NCBI GenBank assembly: GCA_946965045.2
Contig: OX337234.1
Span: 2,046,001 to 2,110,000, forward strand
Origin: Epithemia pelagica
Lineage: Eukaryota > Protista > Bacillariophyta
Length of the DNA stretch: 64,000 nt
Direction of reading: 5' to 3'
Shown: positions 32,061-43,010 of the stretch, in pieces
How positions within the stretch are numbered: position 1 is the stretch's first letter
Layout: the number at the start of each line of letters is the position of its first letter
Translations under genes and position numbers: made by a program
Notes under the pieces: generated by a model
Told to the model about the DNA's origin: nothing
What the model saw: only the letters and a program-made list of their open reading frames with translations
The model's database searches: none

Positions 32061-33869
32061 GTGTCAGCCAGAGAGCGAACCATGGAACTCCCTTCCAATG
32101 CTCCCACCATGTTGGAACGCAAGGCAGCCGAACTGGCTGCGGCCGACCGGGCCCTCCAGCAACAACAACAACAACGACAACAACCACAAGAAGGACAACC
32201 ACCACCAGCACCCAGTGGTGGTGGACGACGCCGACGCCGTTTGTTTGTGTCGAACCAATCCTCCTCGTTTGCCACACGAGTCTGTCGGCAATACATTTAC
32301 GATCGCGTGAGTGGCAATTCGTACGTGCCGCGGACGCAACGAGGAGGAGGAGGAGGAAGAAGAAGAAACGACATGTCTGGATCGTTTCCTCACGCCACCA
32401 ATACATCTCCATCCAACAAAGAAGAAGAAGAAGTGGAAGAATCGGAAGGCTCTATTCAAAAACAAGCCTTTGCCGAGGCGGAAGAAGACAATCAAGAAGG
32501 CGAACCGGACGACCCAGAACCCAACCACCCAATCGACGAAGATCCAACCGATTGTCGCAATCGTCCTCCTCATTTTTTGTGTTATGTTCCACCCTGTGTC
32601 CGCCGTTGTCCTGGATTTATGGAACAAAATGCGTGTTGTCAATGTTTGGGCCAAGTGGGATGTCATGCCATGTTCAAAAATCATCACACGGCGCGACGAC
32701 GCATCTTTGCCGTGGGCTTTACCTTTAATTTCGCCGCCCTGTGTTTGACCATTGTCGCCAGCATGGCCTTTTCCACCAACTTTAAGCTCTTGACGCACAC
32801 CAGTTTTTCGCGAGGGGACATTACCGTACCGAGTTGGAACAATTCCACCGGTGCGACCATTGACATTGGCTTTCGTGCCGTGGCCTTCACCGATCCTTCC
32901 AATGTCGTGGGAGGTGACGTTGTGTCGTCCTTTGACGAATTTTGCGAAACGGACAAACCACAAGATAGTATCAAACGATTTTTATCCAATGACTTGTGCG
33001 GTGAATGCAAGGAGAGCTCGCAACAATTTGTCTTGACTTGCATTATCAACATTATCATTATTGTGCCCAACATGTTTTCCGATATTAGTCGCATGTATCC
33101 AAATTACGATTTGAATTGTCCCAACTTTTATGGAAGTCTCATGGCGACGGTATCCGTCTTTTTGGGACTGTGGACCATTTCGACCTACCAACAACGGTGT
33201 TTTGAAAATGTCGAACAAGAATTACGACCCTTTTATCGCAACAATTTTACCGCGGTACCATCCGATCAAGAACCCAACGACACTGTGGATCCTTCTGATT
33301 TGTTGTTGGTACGCATTGAATGGAGCAATGGACCGGGCTTGGATTGTTTGTGGGCCTCTACCTTGTTGCGTCTGGTCGATGCCTTGTGCAATTACATTGT
33401 ACCAACCCCGTCCATTACACGGGATCGCAAACAACAAGAAGATTACGAACTAGAATTTGGGGAACCACCCAAGTACCGCAACAACAACCACGCCGAGGAC
33501 GATCCAGTGGACGAATATCTGTTGTTGGAACGAGAGGCTCGTCGAATCCCCACCCATTCAGTGACATCATCCTCTTCGGCGACCAACCACAAATCGTCTT
33601 CCAATGTGGTGTTTGACTCTCGAGTCTATGGCATGGACGATGATGACGATGATGTGAATGGCGAATTGGGATTGGACGAACAAGACGACCAACAAGAGGA
33701 CGACGACGACGATCAAGAAGGGTTTCATCCCGAATCGGAAATGACCTCCTTCCATCAAATCCGTCCACCCTGGGATCGACGAGGTCTTCCGTGCATTGTG
33801 GAAGAATCGGAAAACTCTCGACTGTCCTTGTATTCCAATCCCGAATCGTCGCTGGGCTCGTACAAGTGA
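32061..33869 (+). CDS. Multi-pass (about 4 TM) membrane protein of unknown function
   Basis: 602-aa ORF with four hydrophobic segments, Cys-containing loops and acidic disordered termini. Confidence 0.7.
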   Translation: MSARERTMELPSNAPTMLERKAAELAAADRALQQQQQQRQQPQEGQPPPAPSGGGRRRRRLFVSNQSSSFATRVCRQYIYDRVSGNSYVPRTQRGGGGGRRRNDMSGSFPHATNTSPSNKEEEEVEESEGSIQKQAFAEAEEDNQEGEPDDPEPNHPIDEDPTDCRNRPPHFLCYVPPCVRRCPGFMEQNACCQCLGQVGCHAMFKNHHTARRRIFAVGFTFNFAALCLTIVASMAFSTNFKLLTHTSFSRGDITVPSWNNSTGATIDIGFRAVAFTDPSNVVGGDVVSSFDEFCETDKPQDSIKRFLSNDLCGECKESSQQFVLTCIINIIIIVPNMFSDISRMYPNYDLNCPNFYGSLMATVSVFLGLWTISTYQQRCFENVEQELRPFYRNNFTAVPSDQEPNDTVDPSDLLLVRIEWSNGPGLDCLWASTLLRLVDALCNYIVPTPSITRDRKQQEDYELEFGEPPKYRNNNHAEDDPVDEYLLLEREARRIPTHSVTSSSSATNHKSSSNVVFDSRVYGMDDDDDDVNGELGLDEQDDQQEDDDDDQEGFHPESEMTSFHQIRPPWDRRGLPCIVEESENSRLSLYSNPESSLGSYK

Positions 33870-34455
33870 GGAGGAGGAACCGACGACACGGGCGATCCTA
33901 CCGCAACACGTGAGGATACTACTACTACCACTCTTTCGTGTAGTAGTGGTGGTGACCGGACCAGGGTACGACTGCTCCGAGATGCTTGGAAACTCTGAAG
34001 CTGTGGTGTGGAACGACAAGAGGACATTCCTCTTGGTGTGTAAGTCGACCAACGAGAAATCACCACAAGCCCTGCACGGGACGTCGAATATTACACTCCG
34101 CCGTAGTCAGTCCGGCATTTATTCATTTATTCATGCTTCATAATCACTATTTGGGGAGAAACGGGAACAGTTCCAACAGAATAAAAAGTTAACAAAATGC
34201 TACGGGGTATGGAATTGTGCAGAAGGAGAATGACCATGGTCCATGTACCTACCCTATATGTTCTAGAAACAGAGACTTTGCTAGGGGGAGCAAAAGTGGT
34301 ATAGCCTTGGAAACGATAAGAGCGACTTAAGAGCTTTTTCCCTGATATTCAATAGCTTTTAAGTCGCTCATAGGTACGTCAGGACCCCAAAGAGTTTTCT
34401 GTCTCATTTTTTTGCGTTGGCAATTGGCAAGGATCCCTTTCGTCGACAATAACAG

Positions 34456-34629
34456 AGACGCTCGTTTTGACTTTTGACACCTCTCGTATCCGAAGGCAGA
34501 AATCACGACGTGTGACCCTGCTAAAGATCCACGCACTCTTTAGACGCTCGTTTTGACTTTTGACACCTCTCGTATCCGAAGGCAGAAATCACGACGTGTG
34601 ACCCTGCTAAAGATCCACGCACTCTTTAG
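34456..34629. repeat. Perfect 86-bp tandem duplication (2 copies)
   Basis: AGACGCTCGTTTTGAC...CACGCACTCTTT occurs at 34456-34541 and 34542-34627, followed by AG. Confidence 0.95.
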
Positions 34630-34702
34630 GCACCTTTCGTTCTGGACCTTTAAAGTTTTCCCGTTGTTGTGGTCTCGTGTTTAGCGGTGGAGGCAGACAA
34701 CC

Positions 34703-36202
34703 ATGATGAAGCTGGAACGGATAGTATTGACGACCATTTGGACCCTACTGGGTTGTGTGTTGGTACCGAAATCCAAGGCAGCGTTTGTGAGCGTGCAACA
34801 ACCACACTACCGAGATGGACTCGCAACCTTCCCCAAGGTGGTAAGACGAAACGGACGAGATTATTTGCTCTGGTCTGTGTGTTGGAAGGTTCTTCTCTCA
34901 ATTGGCAATGGCATTCTGGTTTTCTTTTGGTTCCCTCTTTTTGCTGCATGTATCCTTGCAATGGAAGGCCTCCTCGACGGCTACGGGTCGATCGTCAACA
35001 ACTCGATTGTTTGGAGATGGCAATCCACCTCCCTTTGGTTCGTGGGGACAACCGACTTCGCCACCCGTGCCATCTCCTCCTCCAGTTACGGCCCCGACAC
35101 CACCGGCGCCCTCCTCCTCGTCGGCCTGGACTCCATCCTGGTATACACCACCACCACCTGCCACACCACCACCTGCCGCGAGTCCACCGCCAGAGTCACC
35201 CGTCGCACCACCCCCTTCGACATGGGGAATGCCAGCGGCAGCTGCCGCTCCTCCATCCTCTTCCTACACGAGCAGCTACGACATGGCCACCCCTCCACCA
35301 CCGCCTGCGGCGACGACGACGCCCGCCGTGGCGCCACCATCCGCAAGCAGTAGTGCGGTGGGGGATCCCATTGCCGTGTTCTTGGCCAGTCAAGAAGCGG
35401 CCGTCCAATCGATTGCGGCCGCGATTCCCACGTTGGAACGGAAACCGGAACTGTCCTGGGCACCAGGCGAAGCTATGATTGGATCTCAACCCTGTACCTT
35501 GGATGCCCGCGATGCCCCGGGTCCGGCCAATATTGCCTGGCTCGCCAGTGTCGGGATTCCCCAACGATTGGCCAGTTTGACCATTTTCAATGGTCCCCTG
35601 ACGGATGTCCCCCATCTCTTGTCGCGGGTCGTATTGGACGACAGTACCGGACAGTTGCAAGTGGCGGTGGATTTTCGACCCCGTGCCTATGGTGCCTACG
35701 AAACGGTGGATGCCCAGGGCAATTATCCGGGTCCCGAAGAATTGGGACGCAAGGCCTTTGAATACAGTGGGGCACGCATGGACTTTTTCAACAAGTTTGC
35801 CGTGTCGGAATTGCAAGGTCAATTGACCCAACTCACCAAGTCCTTGGAAAATGCCGTCCCCAAATCCTTGCAACCCTCCGAATTGGACTTGTTGACGGGC
35901 AGTCCCGTGGCCATTGACTTGACCATGCCCGTGACGGCTCACAATATCGAGGTGGTGACGCAATTGCGCGACTTGGCGGTCCAATCCTGGTTGGGCTGGG
36001 TGACGGATCCCCAGGGGACCCATGATCATCGACCAGGCGCTCCCATTAATACCCAATATGTCTACGATGCCAAATTTCGACAAAATTCCTACCTCGCCCT
36101 GCGACACTATTACTCGGACACGTTGGGACCGGCCGATGGGCCACACTGGCCGCCGCCGAATCGGGACCACTCGATGAAGCCTACGTGGGAGGAGGTAGTT
36201 AG
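34703..36202 (+). CDS. Red chlorophyll catabolite reductase-like protein (ferredoxin-dependent bilin reductase fold), plastid-targeted; intron ~34841-34967; apparent 1-bp frameshift near 36140
   Basis: Exon 1 encodes a signal peptide plus KAAFV (ASAFAP-like). A Pro-rich linker leads to SLTIFNGPLTDVPHL...AVDFRPR. An alternative frame after GGG at 36138-36140 gives ATLAAAESGPLDEAYVGGGS*. Confidence 0.7.
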
Positions 36203-36906
36203 ATATTAGGGACACTTCTCACGTCCTTATGGTGTGCTATTCTTGCTAGACTGTTTGTTTTCTTATCCTTTTTGTGCTATTCTTGGTAGATGTGCGTACG
36301 GAAGGATATATTATCGGAGTCCGATAGCTATCTGAGTACTCCTAGTCCTTGTAAGATTACCGTAGTATGATTGCTCCGTATATGCTATGATCTACGATGA
36401 TGCACTATTACTCCTCGAGTATTCTCATCAATATCTTCCTAACATCATGGGACAACCCGATTCAGTCACAGGTTCCTTACCCATTGCCTCGGTCTGTCTA
36501 GGAGTACTTGGTGTTCTCTGATGATCGGAAAATATGATGAATATTGTCCTTGGTGTCGTCGTCAACCAAAGACACAGTCAGTCAGTGGCAAGAAAGGGAG
36601 CTGAGAAAGCGAGATGGATCGAAGCAGATTGGGGTACGTGACATGTCAGTGGAGCCTTATCCCCGCCTTGGGGATGGGTGTGGGTCGTTCAATGTCAAAT
36701 GGTATTTAATTTGCAATGTCTAGGAAGACCGCAACCATCAGACTCATCACATGAGGGCAACTTGGACTTCTTTCAACGACTTTTGCAACTGAACAGTACA
36801 AGTCGTTACGAACAAAATCGGGAAACGTATGTGATGGCTTTTCGAAACTCCCGAAGAGAGATGGAATGCTTCTCCAAACCCTTGCCAGAACCACCATGGA
36901 TTGCTA

Positions 36907-39863
36907 CTAGGGGTGTGTTGGTCTTGGTTGATTCTGCATGGAAAGCCGAAGAGCCAGGCGGTGATCTGCTTCCATTTGTGCGTTCATATCGTTTTGGTTC
37001 AGGTCTCGGTTGGAGGCATTTTGGTTCTGTCTCGCCATTTTCCGATACGCTTCAAGCTGAGCTTCCACCACCGAAAAGTTTTGCGGGGACGACGAGGGGC
37101 TGATAATATGCAAGCAAAAAGGAGACAGATGGATGAGAGGATGATCATCCTTGTGTATGGGTGGACAAAGTCATGCTTGCCTCACACGGATACTCACCTA
37201 GATTCGGGGCCCAAAGTGGCAGCCTTGAGAGCTTTCATCCACTTTTGAAAGTCCTCGGCATGAAACGCTGCGGCATACAAAACGGGAGCATTGGGTTGCG
37301 AGGGATTCACATGAAGGACGAACGAAAAGGGTTTCTTGAAGGACTTGTTCGTCTCTGCCACTGTGGAAACGCCTACCGTAATGTTGGCAATCGTGCCCTT
37401 GACACGTTCCTTGGGGCCATCGCTGTACGTGAGCTGACACACTCCACCTTGTCCATCCAAGGCAAAAAATCGACGTTTCCAACCCTTGACCTTGTCATGT
37501 TTCCATAAGAAACCACGCATTTGTACGGAATAATCCATGCCCTGTTGCTTCCGAGGGTTCAATTCCTGAGGCAAATAGACATTTCGAGGCGACTCGTTCC
37601 CCCCGGAATATGCTGAGACAACAGTGGTTGTTGCCGTAGGCGATGCCGAAAAATCATCCTCAAAAGTATCGTCGTATACGTTTCGATGAGACAACGATGA
37701 CTGGTCCAACTGACGGCGCGAAGACGACGAAGAATGCTCCAAGGAATGTGCCTGCAGTCCTTGTTTCCTTGGATGTTCACTTTCTCGAAGCTGTCGAGCC
37801 ACTTCGGAATCAGCCTCGTGCAAACTGGACTTGAGCTTGTTGTGTTCGGTATCTTGAGCTCGGACTTCTTGCTGAAGCATCTCAAAGGCAGCGTACAAGG
37901 ATGATTGCTGCTGCTCCAAATCGGCAATGCGGTCATTCTGGACCTTGAACCTGCAGTCGAACTGATCCTTGCGAAGTTTGGCCTCGTCCAGACGAGCTTT
38001 TAATTGTTTCTCCAATCCTTGTACCTTGTGTTGTTCGACTCCCAGTAGCGATTCCATGTCACAAAATCGTTTGTGCAACAAATCATGTTTGGATTTTGTC
38101 GCAGTCAAATTGGTATGCGTGGAATCCAACGTATTCTGCTTGTCGAGGAGCTCTTGAGCAAGGCGATCCAGTTGCACCTTTTGATTGTCACACAATGTCT
38201 GAAGCTGTGAAGTTTTGGTGGCTTGTTCCCGCAACTCTCCATAGAGTTCCTTAATTTTGGCATCCTTGGCCAAGGTTTCCCTGGCATGAGCTTCGGTCCA
38301 CCCTTGCAGCAAAAAGGCATCCATGGTATGAATGGACATGGTATCGGAGGCATCATTGTCACCCAAGCGACTGACGGCATCCTCCTCATCGTCGTCATCA
38401 TCGTCATGGTCGTAGGATGACACTGTGGTTGCAATCTCCGCTGCCGTAACGTGGGGTGTTCGCACCGATACAGAAGAAGAAGAAGAAGAAGAAGCCCCTC
38501 CTCCTCCCACAACACGGGGAATGGAAGCTGTCAAGGACGTACGAGTCTGGACTGTAGGAGGACCTGTTGGTCGTTGTTGTTGTTGTTGTTGTTGCTTTTG
38601 TCGAGCTTGAGTCAGATATGCTTGCTTTTGTCGTTGTCGGTCATTCAATTGATCGTCAATGGTCTTGACAGCTTGTGCCAATTCCGCTTGACGTTGATAT
38701 TCTTGTACTTGTTGCATCAAGGTGGCCACTTGTTGACCAAGGTCCTGGCGTTCTTGACCCACCTCGTGGAGTTTTTGCGCCTGTTGACGAACCGTTTCTT
38801 CAAGCTGCTCAATTCGCGTTTCTTGTTGGGCATGACTGGTTTCCAATCGTTGCGCCTTGGCGGTTTGTTCTTCGATTTGGTGGTACAAGCCTTGGGTTTC
38901 GGCTTGTTTCGTTTGATCCAGTTCTTCCAATTCTCCAATGCGCAATTGCAACGTGGCCAGTTTGGACGCCGTGGCTTCGGTGGTGGCGGTCGTGGTCGAT
39001 CGTCCCGCGTCGCGTTGCAATTGCAGGGTTTGCAATTGCGCTTGCAAGGAGGTGACTTGGTTGCGCAATTCGGCATGCGCTTGTTGTTGACAGGCCGATT
39101 CCAACGAACCGCGTAATTCCGCGACACTCACGCCTTTGAGATCCGACAAGATTTGGACTTGACGTTCCAACCGGTCCAGTTCTTGTTGTTGCCAGTCATT
39201 TTTGGTGCGTTGCAATCGCAACTGGGTCGACAATTCCGACAATCCAACCGAGTTGTTGTGATTGGTCTTGTTGTTGGTCTTGAGTTTGGCCTTGGTCGTT
39301 CGTGGTGGACTCTTCAAGTTGCCAGCCACTCGAGGTGCCATTTTGGGGGCAGATATCGTTGTCGTGGAGGTCCTGGTCGTTGTAGTCGTTTTGGAAGGAG
39401 AAGAAGGTGTTGTTGTTGGATTCGTCGACTGGGGTTCACTCTTGGTGTTGTTGTTGTTGTGGTCGGTCGTTGCAGTTCGTGTCGTATTGTTGTTGGTACG
39501 AGTCGCAGCAGAGGTATCCTCACCCTTGCTGTTGTTGTCGTTGTTGTGGTTTGGGGTTGTTGCTGTTGTTGTTGCCGCCGCTTTGACAATCTTTTTTCGA
39601 ACCACCACCACCTTTTTTTTCGGTTGGGTGGTGGTGACAGATCGATCGGGCGTGCTCTGGACCGTACCGGGTGTGGACGGAGGAGACTTTGGAGTTTCTT
39701 CCAGACATTTTTCCTGTTGTGATTGTGGTGGTGGTTGCGATCCCGGTGAGCAAGGAGGAGACACCAGGGTGGTGGCATTCGTCTGGACCATGGCTTTGGT
39801 CTGTTGCTGCTGCATCCGTGGATCACTGGAAACCGTCTTGTTCTCGTTCGGTTTGTTGGTCAT
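36907..39863 (-). CDS. Coiled-coil protein with C-terminal PH domain (probable last intron near 37100-37197)
   Basis: Long Q/E/L heptad regions. PH domain MRGFLWK...GWKRRFFAL...FSFVL...FQKWMKALK. GTGAG donor at the ORF end and a plausible terminal exon at 36907-37100. Confidence 0.8.
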
Positions 39864-40658
39864 TCCTGCGCGCTCGTACTTGTTGTTGTCGTTGTTGTTG
39901 CTGCTGTTCCTGTTAATGTCGATTGTGCAACAGCGACGACACGTTATTGGTTTGGTTTGTTGTTGATGTTATGGTCGGTTCCCTCGCGACAGAGAACACC
40001 ACCCAATCAAGTGACACACGGGGAGAAAGAAGCGAAGTTTTCTCACTCACTTTTTCTTGACAAAAGCGTGCTTCCTTTCGTTCCTTGAACTACAAGCGTG
40101 TTCTTAGTTTGTGTGGTTGTTGTGGAGGATCTTGAATCTTTGGTTCCTCAAGTCGTGATTCTGTTGTGGCAACCTCTCTCTTCGACTTCGATGGATGCAG
40201 AGTTCCGCCATGGTTTTGTGAGCGAGTCCCGGAAATCGCCAGTTTCCTTCCGGGCGCGGGCCATCTCTGTATAGCTCAAACCCTAATGGACCGTGTGTGC
40301 GACCATCCATGAAGAAACCACACAACCACACATCATGGGCTCGCTTACACCAACGTTTCGTTTCTCTAGAAGAGACTCGGGCAAGGAGAAATAAAAGAGA
40401 TGATAGCCTTGGATGTTGGTGGCATGGCGTTGGTTCGATCGCATTTCCCATTGCATTCCCATGGTGGATCCAAAATCCAAACTCAAAATGTGAGAGCTGA
40501 ATCTGGATCGCGATCTTCGGCTCACGTGCTCGCGCGCCAGCCCTTTCTCATGACGTCATACGTGGCCTCCTCATTTTTTTCAAACGCATGTGGATCGCCA
40601 ACAACAAAAGAACAAAGCACCAAAAGATCTCATTCATTTCTTTGTTCTCGCTGTCGAA

Positions 40659-42341
40659 ATGACGTCCAACCACAGCAGTCGTCCTCCTCCTCGCAAATGG
40701 AGTGTCCTGATGAACAGCAGCGGCAACTTGTTTGGATTGGCTCCTCGTCGCAAATCCTTGTCCCGAACTGGTGCGAGTACGCGAGGAGGAGTATCGTTCG
40801 GGTTGGTTCGACTGCTCCTAATAGTGCTCTTTGCGGTCGTGACGACCACGACCATCCTTCTCCTGGCATCCACGACCCATCAAGAATGGTGGGGGTTGCG
40901 TCCACTCTCCTCCTCTTCCTTGTCCCAGAATGGAGGAGAAGCCAGTTCAGGAGGTAATCCCTCCGTCTACCACCGAGGTGCCTCGTTCCAGTCGTCGTCG
41001 TCGTCGTCCCAACTCCGCGTGTTGCCCGAACAATGGCGGCGCCAGGACGGACATTCCAAAGACTTGTCGGGAACCTATTTGTTTCAGGGTACCCAAGCCT
41101 GTCGCAACAAGCACCACCAGGATTCGTCGTCGGCGTGTCAGATTCACTTTCCCGCCGACGCGCGTTCCCACAGGTTGGCCTGTGATGCGTCGTCGTCGTC
41201 CTCCCAGTTTTGCGTGCGCACCCGCAAGGGGTTCAAACCCAGTCTCGATCCCATGGAGGATCACAGCGAAATACCCAATCAAGATCGATCCTTGGTGATC
41301 CACCCCCTTTCCCTCGTGGTACCCACCACCAGCAGCAGCACGACTGGTGAACCCTACACGGTGGAATCCGATTGCCGGTTGTTACTCTTGGCCGATGGAC
41401 ATGGTCCGGAGGGACATGTCGTGGCGTCGGCCGTGCAACGCGATTTGCCGTTTCGCATTCTGCACCACTTGGAGGCCATGGCCACTCCTACATCATCATC
41501 ACCGCACACCACCCATAACTGGAATGTTCCAGCCGTGTTGAACCAAGCCTTTGTCGAATGCGATCAACAAGTGGCGCAGAAAGTCGGTCAGAATTCGGGA
41601 GCCACGACCATTGTGGTGTTGCAAATTGGTACCACCGTCTACCTCGCCTCCCTCGGAGATTCCACGGCCGTCGTGGCTCAATGGAATCCAGACAACGACG
41701 ACTCCACGAGCAACAACAACCACAACAACAAACATGCCAACCAGAAGAAGACGACGACGACGACGGCATCCTACACGATTTTGGCCCAAGCGAAACCGCA
41801 CAAGGCCGATGTACCGGAAGAACGACACCGCATTCAACAACATGGCGGACAAGTACAAGAAGCCATGGGGGATGGGGATAGTAGTCGAGTGATTATTCCC
41901 TACCAAGATGAAATGGGACGGACCATGGCCATGGCCTTGGCCATGTCGCGGGCCATGGGCGACACCGATGGCAAACGCGCTGGATTGTTACTGGCCGAAC
42001 CCACCATTCTCACACTCTCCTTTGCCGACGAGAAACCGTCCTTCTTGGGGGACAACGTGATTCATGTAAACAACAAAAACAACCAAAAGAATAAGAAGAA
42101 TCAGTACTTTGTCATGGTATCGTCCGATGGTGTCGTGGACCATCATCCTCTGTCGCACGTCTTGGAACAATCGGGACACGCCTTGTTTGGAAGCCAAAAG
42201 CAACAAGAACCACCACTGGGCAAGACATTGGATTCCATTTTGGACACGTCCGCCCAAGGATGGGCGCAAGCATCCTTTTCCCAATATCGTGATGACATGA
42301 CCATGATTCTGTCCCGTCTCGAGTTTACCAATCGTGGATGA
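40659..42341 (+). CDS. PP2C/PPM-family phosphatase with N-terminal transmembrane anchor
   Basis: Motifs NQDR, LADGHG, SGAT, SLGDS, HK...ERHRI...GG, LAMSRAMGD, SSDGV and DDMT. Hydrophobic segment LLLIVLFAVVTTTTILLLA. Confidence 0.9.
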   Translation: MTSNHSSRPPPRKWSVLMNSSGNLFGLAPRRKSLSRTGASTRGGVSFGLVRLLLIVLFAVVTTTTILLLASTTHQEWWGLRPLSSSSLSQNGGEASSGGNPSVYHRGASFQSSSSSSQLRVLPEQWRRQDGHSKDLSGTYLFQGTQACRNKHHQDSSSACQIHFPADARSHRLACDASSSSSQFCVRTRKGFKPSLDPMEDHSEIPNQDRSLVIHPLSLVVPTTSSSTTGEPYTVESDCRLLLLADGHGPEGHVVASAVQRDLPFRILHHLEAMATPTSSSPHTTHNWNVPAVLNQAFVECDQQVAQKVGQNSGATTIVVLQIGTTVYLASLGDSTAVVAQWNPDNDDSTSNNNHNNKHANQKKTTTTTASYTILAQAKPHKADVPEERHRIQQHGGQVQEAMGDGDSSRVIIPYQDEMGRTMAMALAMSRAMGDTDGKRAGLLLAEPTILTLSFADEKPSFLGDNVIHVNNKNNQKNKKNQYFVMVSSDGVVDHHPLSHVLEQSGHALFGSQKQQEPPLGKTLDSILDTSAQGWAQASFSQYRDDMTMILSRLEFTNRG

Positions 42342-43010
42342 AGAAAGGAAGGAATCCAAAACGAAACAAAGAACGAGTGTCCACCAAACGACGATGACGA
42401 ATACGGTAGACTCGTTGGGTTCCAAGACGAGCAATCCATCGGATTCCCTTGGTGTCTCTCTGCGAGCGCAGAGGCTTGGACAGTTGTGGTGGTGGTGATG
42501 ATGAGACTCGTCGCTTTTGGTCCATGGACTCGAGCATGTCGACGACCACCAACAATAATACGCCGAACCGGCTAATCCCATTGTCACGTTTCCACATACT
42601 CGTAGCTACCTGCAGCAGATAATATAATAGCCGTATTGTCGAGTACGAGTACGAGTATACAATAGGATTCCGCCCGTACGAGCGTGGATTGAATCTTGTT
42701 GGGATGGTATTGTTTGGGGGACGGCGACACAAGCTCGATCAAATTAACTAACTTGAAAAAAGATTTAGTCCTATTTAACTGAGGGCCTATATAATCACGC
42801 GTACCGACGTATCTCGGCAAAGAAAAAGATCCGACACAACCGCTGGACAACGCAAATTTTCAAGAAATGCGTTGAAAGTGAAACATGGATGGAAAGTTGA
42901 ACCAAACAAATCAATTGACACATAAATCCACACAAACACCAGAGTTCTATCCTATCGACATCTTAAAGTATCAGCGAGTTGGCTTGGTAAAAGAGGACCT
43001 GAGAGAAATA

